A stretch of DNA of 64,000 nt. Source: Methanofastidiosum sp. Its GTDB lineage: Archaea; Methanobacteriota_B; Thermococci; Methanofastidiosales; Methanofastidiosaceae. Positions within the stretch are counted from its first letter, which is position 1. Every line of letters starts with the position of its first letter. Under the pieces are notes generated by a model. It searched no databases and was not told the DNA's origin. It saw only the letters and a program-made list of their open reading frames with translations. The stretch covers positions 1,359,961-1,423,960 of the forward strand of contig JAXGZJ010000001.1 in assembly GCA_040771805.1 (NCBI GenBank), in the 5' to 3' direction. Shown here piece after piece: positions 1-9,557 of the stretch. Made by a program: the position numbers and the translations under genes.

Positions 1-1
1 A

Positions 2-163
2 GGCACTTATAAAGAGGAAATAAAAGAAGTTGAAGTTGTAATAAATGATGAAGATATAGAATTAGTAGTTGCTCAAACAGGAATAAATAAAGAAAAGGCA
101 AAAAGCCTTTTATTAAAAAATAAAGGAGATATTGCAGCCACTATTCTTGAAATACAAAAATAA
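2..163 (+). CDS. Nascent polypeptide-associated complex alpha subunit (NAC-alpha), C-terminal fragment. The gene starts upstream of the window.
   Basis: The frame beginning at nt 2 is open to TAA at 161-163. The translation ends ...DEDIELVVAQTGINKEKAKSLLLKNKGDIAATILEIQK, a UBA-like tail typical of archaeal NAC-alpha. Confidence 0.5.
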   Translation, partial: GTYKEEIKEVEVVINDEDIELVVAQTGINKEKAKSLLLKNKGDIAATILEIQK

Positions 164-1363
164 TTAAAATGATTTTTTCATTATTTCTACCGCTTCATCT
201 ATCTCTTTTTTAGATACAATTAATGGAGGTACGAGCCTTACAACTTTGTCTCTTGTACAACTTATAAGTAAGTTATTTTCAAAACATCTTTTTACATATT
301 CACTACATGACTCATCAAATTCTATACCTACCATCAAGCCCATACCTCTAACGTCATTTACATGTGGCATATCTAACATGAACTCTAGATTTTTAAGCAA
401 GTATTTTCCCATTTTTTCAGAATTTTGAATTAATTTATCAGATTCAATTGTATTCATTACAGTTAAACCAACAGAAGTAACTAGTGGATTTCCTCCAAAA
501 GTAGATCCGTGGTCACCTTGTTTCAAAACATCAGATATTTCTTTTTTGGCAACAATTGCACCTATTGGTACCCCTCCTCCAAGTGCTTTAGCCAAAGTAA
601 TAATATCTGGTTGAACATCGTAGTGTTGAAATCCGAACCATTTTCCAGTTCTTCCCATCCCACACTGAACTTCATCGAAAATTATTAAAATTTTTTTATC
701 CTCTCTAATGTCTGAAAGAACTTTCATGAATTCTTTTGAAGCTATGTTTATTCCACCTTCCCCTTGTATAGGTTCAACTAATAAAGCAGCAGTTTTTTTA
801 TTAACTTTTTCAACAACATCGTTGGGGTCATTATACTCTGCTCTAATAAATCCAGGAGGAAATGGACCAAATCCTTCCCTATACTTGTCTTTATCTGTAG
901 CCATTAAAGTAGTAATCGTTCTGCCATGAAATGATTGTGAAAAATAAAGGATTTCGTCTTTACCTTTTTGTGATTGATATCGTCTTGCAAGCTTAATTGC
1001 ACCTTCATTTGCTTCAGCCCCGCTATTACAAAAAAATGTTCTGTCAAGTCCAGAAATTTCACATAGCTTTTTTCCTAGAAGGTATTGCGAAGGAATATGA
1101 TAAAAGTTACTTACATGGATAACTTTTTTTGCTTGTTCAGATATACATTTGACAATATTTGGATGTGCATGCCCAAGGGAATTAACGGCAATGCCTGCTA
1201 GAAAGTCAAGATATTTTTTACCATCTGTTGAATATAAATAACATCCTTCACCTTTTTCTACAACTAATGGAAATCTTCCATAAGTATTAAAAACATATTT
1301 ATTTTCAAGATTTTTAGCCTCTTCTAAATTCATTTTATCCCTCTTAAGTATGATATTGAGCAT
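164..1363 (-). CDS. argD: Acetylornithine aminotransferase, a class III PLP-dependent aminotransferase
   Basis: 399 aa. Class III aminotransferase motifs are present (GHAHP, FFCNSGAEANEGAIKLAR, DEVQCGMGRTGK). It overlaps argJ by 20 nt, consistent with an operon. Confidence 0.8.
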   Translation of the reverse strand: MLNIILKRDKMNLEEAKNLENKYVFNTYGRFPLVVEKGEGCYLYSTDGKKYLDFLAGIAVNSLGHAHPNIVKCISEQAKKVIHVSNFYHIPSQYLLGKKLCEISGLDRTFFCNSGAEANEGAIKLARRYQSQKGKDEILYFSQSFHGRTITTLMATDKDKYREGFGPFPPGFIRAEYNDPNDVVEKVNKKTAALLVEPIQGEGGINIASKEFMKVLSDIREDKKILIIFDEVQCGMGRTGKWFGFQHYDVQPDIITLAKALGGGVPIGAIVAKKEISDVLKQGDHGSTFGGNPLVTSVGLTVMNTIESDKLIQNSEKMGKYLLKNLEFMLDMPHVNDVRGMGLMVGIEFDESCSEYVKRCFENNLLISCTRDKVVRLVPPLIVSKKEIDEAVEIMKKSF

Positions 1364-2531
1364 TTATTTTAACATAATTATACGAAAGATCACATCCCCA
1401 AGCTCTTGAACAAAAGTCACCTAAATTCATATTAATGGTAATATTTACACATTCCTTCTGTAACTCTTTTTTAGCTTCTTCTTGGGAAAAGCTTACACCA
1501 ATTCCTTTGCTCACCACTCTTATATTTCCCAAATATATCTCAATTTTATCTAATTCCATATCTGCCCCAGAATACCCTACAGCAGCAATAATTCTCCCCC
1601 AATTAGGATCTTCCCCAAATACTGCAGATTTAACCAAACTAGAATCAATAACTGATTTTGATATCCTCTCTGCGTCTTCTTGACTTTTTGCATTAACACA
1701 TTCACATTCAATTAATTTTGTTGCACCTTCCCCATCTCTTGCAATTTTTTTTGCAAGTTCCACACATACGAAATCTAATGCTTTACTAAAGCTTTCAATT
1801 TTATCAATCGTGTCAACTTTTACTTTTGAAAGCCCATTTGCTAGAATTACAACAGAATCGTTTGTGCTTGTATCCCCATCAACTGATATTCTATTAAACG
1901 ATTTATTAACTGAAGCTTTCAAACACTCACCTAGAATAGTTGAGGATACATCGGCATCAGTAAAAATAAAACAAAGCATTGTGGCCATGTTTGGATTGAT
2001 CATTCCGCTTCCTTTAGTTACTCCCGATATGACATAGTTATCATTTTCTATAGTGATTTCTTTTTTAACTAAATCAGTTGTGAGTATAGCATTTGCAATA
2101 TTTTCAGATGCGCCACTGGAACTTTCTAGTAATGGGGTAGTCGTATCGATTGCATTTTTCATTACTCCCATTGGTAAAGGAATTCCTATTACACCTGTAG
2201 AAAAAACTAGACAATTTTCTTTTTTAATTCCAAGTTTCTCACTTGTATATTCTGCCATAAACAATGCATCTTTCATTCCTTGTTCCCCAGTACATGCATT
2301 TGCAAATCCACTATTACATACTATGGCTTGTGCCTTCCCATCAGAAAGAAATTTTCTGTCGAGGATTACTGGAGCTGCAGCAGCCTTATTTTTTGTAAAT
2401 ACTCCTGCCGCATTGCATATTACTTCGGAATAAATTATAGCAAAATCTAGTTTATTTTTTTTAAAACCGGCATGTATACCTTGACCTTTTATGCCCTTAA
2501 CTGCAGTTATGCCTGATTTGATAATTTTCAT
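1344..2531 (-). CDS. argJ: Glutamate N-acetyltransferase / ornithine acetyltransferase ArgJ
   Basis: 395 aa. The ArgJ signature is present, including the self-cleavage region ...NMATMLCFIFTDA. It lies next to argD. Confidence 0.8.
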   Translation of the reverse strand: MKIIKSGITAVKGIKGQGIHAGFKKNKLDFAIIYSEVICNAAGVFTKNKAAAAPVILDRKFLSDGKAQAIVCNSGFANACTGEQGMKDALFMAEYTSEKLGIKKENCLVFSTGVIGIPLPMGVMKNAIDTTTPLLESSSGASENIANAILTTDLVKKEITIENDNYVISGVTKGSGMINPNMATMLCFIFTDADVSSTILGECLKASVNKSFNRISVDGDTSTNDSVVILANGLSKVKVDTIDKIESFSKALDFVCVELAKKIARDGEGATKLIECECVNAKSQEDAERISKSVIDSSLVKSAVFGEDPNWGRIIAAVGYSGADMELDKIEIYLGNIRVVSKGIGVSFSQEEAKKELQKECVNITINMNLGDFCSRAWGCDLSYNYVKINAQYHT

Positions 2532-2851
2532 TTAATCCCTTTCTAATGAATAGTGAAAGATATATAAGATTAATGTTAAATTATTGGAGTTTTGAATTGA
2601 AAAAGTTAAAAACAATGAAAGTAAGATTAATTTTATTCATTTTTAGGTAATATGTCCTATTTAATATGAAAAGGTATTTTGTATTGTAAGAAGACATAAA
2701 ATTACTAATAACTAAATCATTAAATGATAAATCATATTAAATGTATTTTATTAAAATATTCTTATACTAGTAATTACCTACTCTAAAATAAAGATCAGTA
2801 TCGTTATCGTGGACATTTGCATAAGCTACCGTAATATCCATTAATTCTAAT

Positions 2852-3706
2852 CTAGATAAATAACATCCATAATCCAATTAACATTATTGCAACACCCACC
2901 ACTCTTTCTCTGATATTCTCTTTAAGTATCCGCCCTGCCAAAAGAACGGTAATAATCATGGCAGTCATCGATGCAGGTTCAGCAATACTTACTTCTATTC
3001 CTGTAAATGCAATTAACAAAAGTAAGTAAGAATATGCATTTACCCCCCCGCTTAAAGTTGCGATTTTCTTTTTTTCCTTAAATAAATTGATTGTGGTCAT
3101 TATATTCCCTTTGATTAGAATGTATCCTAGCAAGAAAACTGTAATTCCTAAGTTTAGATAAAAGGCATAAAGCGTTGGACTAACTATCTTTATTGCGTTA
3201 CCATCTATCGTTCTACCAATTGCGATTAATAGTGAAGCTATTATCATGTATTGACATGGTCTATCCAAAAATATTGCCTTAAACGATTCAAATAAGTTGC
3301 TTTTCCTATTTAAGAAAGACACACCATAAAACAGAAATATTAATCCGGCCACTTTGAAAAATGTAATTTTTTCATTTAGGAATATTACGGCCAATATTAA
3401 TAAAAAAAATACATTAAAATTATACAGTGGGCTTACCAATGAAGCTTCGCCATCGGATAGAGATTTTACATACAACCAAAATGCAATGGAATATACAATG
3501 CTACTCAATGCAACAAATGTTAGAATTGACACGTTTAATACAATATCCACAAATAGAAGCGTAGGTACTAAAAATATAGTTCCTAATCCAAAAAATAGAA
3601 AAGTGCCGCTAATGCTATCAGATTTTTCGCCAAGTTTTTTTACCAGAATTCTTTCCCAGCCCAAAAAAATTATTCTTCCCAAAAGAGCGAGATAAGAAAT
3701 TAACAT
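2852..3706 (-). CDS. Polytopic membrane protein, probably a DMT/EamA-like transporter
   Basis: 284 aa with about 10 predicted hydrophobic helices. There are no catalytic motifs. Family assignment rests on topology and size only. Confidence 0.4.
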   Translation of the reverse strand: MLISYLALLGRIIFLGWERILVKKLGEKSDSISGTFLFFGLGTIFLVPTLLFVDIVLNVSILTFVALSSIVYSIAFWLYVKSLSDGEASLVSPLYNFNVFFLLILAVIFLNEKITFFKVAGLIFLFYGVSFLNRKSNLFESFKAIFLDRPCQYMIIASLLIAIGRTIDGNAIKIVSPTLYAFYLNLGITVFLLGYILIKGNIMTTINLFKEKKKIATLSGGVNAYSYLLLLIAFTGIEVSIAEPASMTAMIITVLLAGRILKENIRERVVGVAIMLIGLWMLFI

Positions 3707-3748
3707 GTCAAGAAGTAGAATAAAGAGTATATAAAGTTAATATAAATT

Positions 3749-4606
3749 ATGCGCAAAATTTATATAGTATTTAGTCAAATTTTATATATGATTGAGGACT
3801 ACTTGATGGAATTAGAGCTTCGAGGTCAATCCAAAAATACAATTAGAAATTATAGTTATACAATCTCAAATTTTCTTGAATTCACTGATAAATCTCCTGA
3901 AAACATTAACGAACAAGATATTAAGAGATATATGATATATCTTAAAAATCAAAAAAACGCGACTAATAGAACAATACATAGACATCTTAATGCTTTACGT
4001 TCTTTTTTTAGATATCAGAATATTGATATTGCAGATAAGGTACAGCTCCCCAAGTTGTCCAAACCTCTACCTAAGTTTTTGACAAGAGAAGAAATAAAAA
4101 TTTTACTTGAAAAAACTGATAGATTACGAGATAAGTGCTTAATTAGATTATTGTATTCTACAGGTTTGAGAGTGTCTGAGTTAGTTAATCTTAATAAAAA
4201 TGATATCAAAACTGAATCGATACATGTTATATCTGGTAAAGGCGCTAAAGATCGTATAGTTTTTGTTGATCCCGGGACCCAAGAAATGATAAACCATTAT
4301 ATTTCAGAGAGAAATGACGATAACGAAGCTCTTTTTTTGAGTACCCATGGCGATAGAATATCTGCAAGAACTATCCAATGGTTAATAAAAAATTATTCAA
4401 AAAAGGCAGGAATTGAAAAAAAAGTTACCCCCCATGTATTGAGGCACTCTTTTGCAACTCATATGCTTGAAGGGGATGCAGATATTGTCGTTATTAAAGA
4501 ATTACTCGGCCATTCTAATTTAGCTACAACCCAGATATATACGCACATAACTGATGAAAGGCGAAAAAAAGTTTACGATAAAGCACATCCATTATCGAAA
4601 GAATAA
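3749..4606 (+). CDS. xerA: Tyrosine recombinase, XerA-like (archaeal XerC/D homolog)
   Basis: 285 aa. The C-terminal catalytic region reads HVLRHSFATHMLEGDADIVVIKELLGHSNLATTQIYTH (R..H..R..Y). It sits in a host housekeeping context next to adk. The true start may be an internal Met (MIEDY... or MELELRG...). Confidence 0.7.
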   Translation: MRKIYIVFSQILYMIEDYLMELELRGQSKNTIRNYSYTISNFLEFTDKSPENINEQDIKRYMIYLKNQKNATNRTIHRHLNALRSFFRYQNIDIADKVQLPKLSKPLPKFLTREEIKILLEKTDRLRDKCLIRLLYSTGLRVSELVNLNKNDIKTESIHVISGKGAKDRIVFVDPGTQEMINHYISERNDDNEALFLSTHGDRISARTIQWLIKNYSKKAGIEKKVTPHVLRHSFATHMLEGDADIVVIKELLGHSNLATTQIYTHITDERRKKVYDKAHPLSKE

Positions 4607-4642
4607 CTTTAAAAACAACTACATGAGTTTCTAGTTGGTGTT

Positions 4643-5281
4643 TTGATGAGAGTAATTCTTTTAGGACCGCCTGGTTGCGGTAAGGGAACTCAAGCTGAAG
4701 TTATATGTAAAACTTTTGATATTCCCCACATATCTACTGGTGATATATTAAGAAATAATGTAAAAAGAAATACAGAAATTGGTTTATCTGCAAAAAAATA
4801 TATGGATATTGGTAGTTTGGTTCCTGATGAGATAATTATACAGATGATCAAAGAAAGATTATTAGAAGATGATTGTAAGGAAGGATTTTTATTAGATGGT
4901 TTCCCAAGAACAATTACACAAGCAGAATCATTAGATAATTTACTTGAGCAAATGAGTATTTCTTTGGACCACATAATTAACATAGATGTACCAGATGAAG
5001 ATATAATCAATAGGATATCAAAAAGACTTTCATGTGCTAATTGTGGGGAGGTATACAATTTATTATATAAAGTGCCAAAAAAAGAAATGACTTGTGATTC
5101 TTGTGGATTTAAACTTCACCAGCGAGAAGACGACAAAGAAGAAGTTATAAGAAACAGACTTGAAGTTTATAGGAAACAAACGGCACCATTAATTAAGTAC
5201 TATAAAAAGAAGATAAAAAATATTAATGGAAGTAAAAATATTAGCGAAGTTACAAATGACATACTTGATATTTTAAAATAA
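4643..5281 (+). CDS. adk: Adenylate kinase with a zinc-finger lid
   Basis: 212 aa. P-loop GPPGCGKGTQA is present. The lid carries CANCG...CDSCG zinc-binding cysteines. The fold is the bacterial-type long Adk. Confidence 0.85.
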   Translation: MMRVILLGPPGCGKGTQAEVICKTFDIPHISTGDILRNNVKRNTEIGLSAKKYMDIGSLVPDEIIIQMIKERLLEDDCKEGFLLDGFPRTITQAESLDNLLEQMSISLDHIINIDVPDEDIINRISKRLSCANCGEVYNLLYKVPKKEMTCDSCGFKLHQREDDKEEVIRNRLEVYRKQTAPLIKYYKKKIKNINGSKNISEVTNDILDILK

Positions 5282-5283
5282 TA

Positions 5284-5297
5284 ATTTTTTTCCCTTT
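5284..5297 (+). terminator. Oligo-T tract immediately after the adk stop; candidate archaeal terminator
   Basis: The sequence tttttttcccttt directly follows TAA. Archaeal termination commonly uses oligo-T runs. Convergent gene ends lie here. Confidence 0.3.
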
Positions 5298-5421
5298 AAT
5301 ACATTGGAGATGCTATATGTTCCATATGTGGGAGTATCTAGTTCCAGTTGAGATTGTTCTTTATAATCTCAAGAAATTACGATAAACGTTTTATTAAATA
5401 AAAGATAATCTGGCACACTTA

Positions 5422-6657
5422 TTAACTGTTGGATTCTATCCAGTTATCAATTTTTATGTATTCTGCACCATTAATTTTTAAAAAGGGCGAGGCACTTTTT
5501 ATCCTAACGCCCAATTTTAATAATTGCTCTCTTTTAAAAATATTATTTCTTTTTCTAAAGTTGATAATTCTATACGCACTTTTGGGTCCAATGCCAGGAA
5601 CCCTTATAAGTTCCTCATAAGAGGCCTCATTTGGATCTATACCAGAATCAAGAGTATTCAGTGCAATTTGTAATTTAGGATCCTTATTATTTAAGAATCC
5701 ATCTTCATTAAATGCTATTTTGATCTCTTTTTCTGAAAAATCATAAATTCTATATAGCCAGTCTAATTGGTACAATCTATGTTCTCGCCACATGGGTTGC
5801 TCAGATGTTTTCTCCAAAGGAGTACCCTGAATAGGATTAAATGCAGAATAATACACTCTTTTTAACATCATCTCTTTATATTCCCTAATGACTCTATTAA
5901 ATATTTCAAAGTCACTTTCTCCACACGCACCTATTACAAGCTGTGTAGTCTGGCCATAAGGAAGCTTTTTTTTAAATTCTAATTTTTTAATAAAATTCTG
6001 TCTTTTTAGAATATCTTTCATATAGTTTTTTGTGCTGCTCAATTCGGAAAGATAATTGTTATTTGGAGTTTCTATGTTAATACTGAGCCTATCTACAATT
6101 TCAGATGCTTGTTTAATATATTCATATGACACGCCTGGCAATACTTTAAAATGGATATATCCTGAAAAATTATATCTTTCTTTTAAGATTTTTATAGTTT
6201 CAATCATTTTTTCAGTTGTTGTATTTTCGTCTGAATTTATACCAGAGCTCAAGAAGAGCCCATCTATGTAGTTTCTCTTGTAAAGCGATATCGTTACTTT
6301 GGCTAATTCCTCTGGAGTATAAGAATATATTTTTTTATGTCCATTATATTCGGTTGAGTTTTGGCAGTACTTGCAGTCATGAGTACAATAGTTTGTGAAG
6401 AGAGTCTTAAACAGTAAAACAGAACATCCGGTCGTTGTAAAAGAATGAAAATTAATCGGCCTGTCTACATCTTGCAATATTTCACTTCGATTAGCGATCC
6501 TTGGAGATGAAGACAATGTACACATATCATGTTTAGTTCCTTGGCCTAAAGTTTCTATCTTGGAGAAATCAAAGTCAGTAAATGCCCTACTTTTATCATT
6601 TGTACACTCATATTTACTTTGATAGGCAAGATGAATTATCTTCTCAAGAGAAGTCAT
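5422..6657 (-). CDS. Radical SAM protein with a C-terminal helix-hairpin-helix domain, of the 'putative DNA modification/repair radical SAM' type
   Basis: 411 aa. The Cx3Cx2C motif CTHDCKYC is present. The C-terminal HhH reads ELIRVPGIGPKSAYRII. The architecture matches the family described as putative DNA modification/repair radical SAM proteins. Confidence 0.65.
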   Translation of the reverse strand: MTSLEKIIHLAYQSKYECTNDKSRAFTDFDFSKIETLGQGTKHDMCTLSSSPRIANRSEILQDVDRPINFHSFTTTGCSVLLFKTLFTNYCTHDCKYCQNSTEYNGHKKIYSYTPEELAKVTISLYKRNYIDGLFLSSGINSDENTTTEKMIETIKILKERYNFSGYIHFKVLPGVSYEYIKQASEIVDRLSINIETPNNNYLSELSSTKNYMKDILKRQNFIKKLEFKKKLPYGQTTQLVIGACGESDFEIFNRVIREYKEMMLKRVYYSAFNPIQGTPLEKTSEQPMWREHRLYQLDWLYRIYDFSEKEIKIAFNEDGFLNNKDPKLQIALNTLDSGIDPNEASYEELIRVPGIGPKSAYRIINFRKRNNIFKREQLLKLGVRIKSASPFLKINGAEYIKIDNWIESNS

Positions 6658-6754
6658 AGAAAATAATTAGATTATCTTTATTTAGGTATTTAGTGTACAC
6701 TTTTTTATTTTAGCAATACCAAAATATATATTTATTAAAAATAATGAAATAATT

Positions 6755-7531
6755 TTAAATGTTTTTCTTTTTTATTATAGTTCCTTTTACATTTCCTTTG
6801 ATAGTTTCAGATAAAACGCTTTTTTTAGTTAAATTGATTACATCTATTTCTATTCCCATATCAAATATAGTGATTATTTCTGATAATTTGCCTTCCATCC
6901 CTCCAGAAGCATCACCAGTATCTTTTGCAAACTTAAAGACTTCATTGATATTATCTTCAGTTATCCTATCAATTAGCTTCACGTTTTCTTTTTTTGGGTC
7001 ACCCGTATAGATCCCATCAACATCTGTTCCAAATATTACTCTTGAGGGCTTAAGTAGTTTTGAAAGATAAGATACTATTTGATCGCCGGATAATATTGAA
7101 AATCCTCTAGCCCTATCAAATACAAGATCTCCAGTAAATACTGGAAGTAAACCAAGCTCTATGGCCCGTAGTAGGGGTTCTTTGTGAAATTCAACGATTC
7201 TTCCGTTAGAAGTAATAAAGTTAGAGAAAGTACCTATCCTCACGGGAGTTAATCCATTTTGCATTAGTGATTTTAGTACAATACTATAAAGTTCACTGAC
7301 ACTAGCCCTTGTTTCAGAAAAACCTTTAAGCTGATAGTTGTCTAAATACCCTTTACCTAATGAATATTTCTTTGCGATTGGGTGGCCGTATGAACCTGCA
7401 CCATGCACCAATATGGATACTATTCCAGCATCTTTAATTTCTTGTGCAAGATTGGAAATTACCTCCATATTGGGGGTAAAATCTTCACTTTTTTTAGTAA
7501 TTGCCGAGCCGCCTGCTTTAATAATAATCAT
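6755..7531 (-). CDS. Isopentenyl phosphate kinase (amino-acid-kinase fold; alternative mevalonate pathway)
   Basis: 258 aa. It begins MIIIKAGGSAIT and carries HGAGSYGH (compare IPK HGGGSFGH). The size is typical of archaeal IPK. Confidence 0.65.
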   Translation of the reverse strand: MIIIKAGGSAITKKSEDFTPNMEVISNLAQEIKDAGIVSILVHGAGSYGHPIAKKYSLGKGYLDNYQLKGFSETRASVSELYSIVLKSLMQNGLTPVRIGTFSNFITSNGRIVEFHKEPLLRAIELGLLPVFTGDLVFDRARGFSILSGDQIVSYLSKLLKPSRVIFGTDVDGIYTGDPKKENVKLIDRITEDNINEVFKFAKDTGDASGGMEGKLSEIITIFDMGIEIDVINLTKKSVLSETIKGNVKGTIIKKKNI

Positions 7532-7573
7532 AAGAAAATATATTCTTATGATATTAAAAAGATTCCTATTGAT

Positions 7574-7882
7574 CTAATAATTTGAATAAAAAGGATTGGA
7601 AGATTTGTTTAATGATTCTAGCTTTTCGAAGTATATGCCCATCAGGAATCCTATTAAAAAGAAGAATCCAAGTAAGATAATACTTAGAATTACAGTAGAG
7701 GTCATAAATAGATTGATTACAAACATTTCAAATCCTATTATGCAACCTAAGGTAAAAACAATTAAAGCCCTTAAATTCGACGCTTGAATATATTTTTTTG
7801 GAGGCACTTTGTCTATAACCTCATCTATAAGTGTCTTGACTTCTGTTATCAATTTTAAATCATTTTGTTTAATGGAAGCCAT
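7574..7882 (-). CDS. Small hypothetical membrane protein
   Basis: 102 aa, with an amphipathic N-terminus followed by two hydrophobic helices. No recognisable motif. Confidence 0.35.
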   Translation of the reverse strand: MASIKQNDLKLITEVKTLIDEVIDKVPPKKYIQASNLRALIVFTLGCIIGFEMFVINLFMTSTVILSIILLGFFFLIGFLMGIYFEKLESLNKSSNPFYSNY

Positions 7883-8138
7883 AAAAAATGTAACTCCTTA
7901 TTTCATTTATAAACTTTGTGGTTAATAGCTATTTTATATACATAAATTAGTAAATATAAATAATATTCAAATTCCCCAAATAACCTAAAATCTATCATTA
8001 AATAACACATTATTATAAATTATTATTTTGTTTATTGATAATCAATAATAAACCTATAAGTTTATAAAGATAGCAAATAAATTGTATGTTGTTAGTTATA
8101 GTTCTCCATTATTTTTATTATGTAGAGGATAATAAGAT

Positions 8139-9527
8139 ATGTACAAAAAGATGGATGATATGGACTTATTGATAGACAATCACCATATAGATGGAAATTA
8201 TTCAATAGAAGATATATCAAGAGAATCAGTAATTTTCATAGAGCTGATTCATGGGATAGTCCACGAATTAAGCAATTCTTTGACTTCTGCTATGGCTGCT
8301 ACTGAAGTTTTGCAGGAAGAAATGATTAAATTAAGAAAAGGATTTAGTGACAATCACATTGATATTAAACTAGTTAATCATATCGAAAAAATCTTTACCC
8401 TGTACAAAACAACGACCGTCAAAAATCAAAATATTTTAAATTATTTACTAAAAATTGAATTTAAAATGCTAAGAGACCAATGTTATAAAATAAACTCCCC
8501 GCATCCAAAATTTGATCTCCTACAAAATTTAATATCGCTGAATATGAAAAGTAACGAAAAGATAGATTTAATTGTTAAAATTTTAAGAAACTTAGTAAAT
8601 ATTGATGAAGATATGGAACTAATCGATGTAAATGAGGTAATAAATACTAGTATCTTCCTATTACAAGACGAACTAAAAAATAAATACGTCATAAAAAAAG
8701 ATTTTTCAAAAGTACCTTTAATCAATTTTAGTTTTCGCCAGTTAAACTATATAATCATTTGTATCTTATTAAAAACTCTTGAGATAATGAATTTCGGTGA
8801 ACTTTCTTTAAAAACATTTGAAACTGATAAAGAAGTCTACATTATAGTTCAATTAAGTGGTGGAGAAATTACCCTAAAGAAAATTGAAGAAATAATAGCT
8901 CAGAAGGATTCGAAAATAGACATATGCTCGGTAAACAAATTACTTAAAAATAAAGGTGGCACCCTAACTATAAAAAAACTTAATGAGAAAAGAAGTTTAA
9001 ATTTGGAAAAAGAATTAGTTGCAGATATAGAGTTTAAAATCAAGCTTAATAAAGCTAATGCAGTAAGCTTCAAATTAAATAAATCTGTTGATTCGAATAA
9101 TAAAAATGAAAATGAATTTCAAGATTTTAAGCCAAGTTTATCCTATGAAGTAAAAAAGGAAAAAAATCAATCGAAAAATATTCTAATTGTTGATGATAAT
9201 CTAGAAACGTTAGTTAGCCTATTTTTGACGCTAAAAAAAGAAGATTTTGGTAATAAGATAATTATTGCTAAAACTGCCGAGGCGGCATTAGAACAATTGC
9301 AAAAAATTAATTTTAACATAATTATTTCTGATTATAAGCTACCAGGAATGAATGGAATTGATTTTTTAAGCCATGTAAAAAATAATTATCCTAATAGTAC
9401 TAGAATCCTTTTGACTGCATTTTTAACTAATTCTGTAAAAAAAGAAGCCAAAAATAAGGCATCAGTTAAAACAATAATTGAAAAGCCTTGGAATAAAGAT
9501 AACTTAATAAAACTAATTAATGAATAA
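8139..9527 (+). CDS. Hybrid two-component protein: histidine-kinase-like core with a C-terminal receiver (REC) domain
   Basis: 462 aa. The H-box is HELSNSLTSAMAATEVL. The C-terminal receiver region NILIVDDNLETL...IIISDYKLPGMNGIDF...RILLTAF contains the conserved Asp and Lys positions. The ATPase G-boxes look weak or degenerate. Confidence 0.55.
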   Translation: MYKKMDDMDLLIDNHHIDGNYSIEDISRESVIFIELIHGIVHELSNSLTSAMAATEVLQEEMIKLRKGFSDNHIDIKLVNHIEKIFTLYKTTTVKNQNILNYLLKIEFKMLRDQCYKINSPHPKFDLLQNLISLNMKSNEKIDLIVKILRNLVNIDEDMELIDVNEVINTSIFLLQDELKNKYVIKKDFSKVPLINFSFRQLNYIIICILLKTLEIMNFGELSLKTFETDKEVYIIVQLSGGEITLKKIEEIIAQKDSKIDICSVNKLLKNKGGTLTIKKLNEKRSLNLEKELVADIEFKIKLNKANAVSFKLNKSVDSNNKNENEFQDFKPSLSYEVKKEKNQSKNILIVDDNLETLVSLFLTLKKEDFGNKIIIAKTAEAALEQLQKINFNIIISDYKLPGMNGIDFLSHVKNNYPNSTRILLTAFLTNSVKKEAKNKASVKTIIEKPWNKDNLIKLINE

Positions 9528-9557
9528 TTTAAATAAAAATATTATTATACTAAAAGT

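Noticed and set aside
3354-4209. Short ORFs 3354-3695(+) and 4015-4209(-)
   Set aside because: They are embedded antisense within the DMT transporter and XerA genes.
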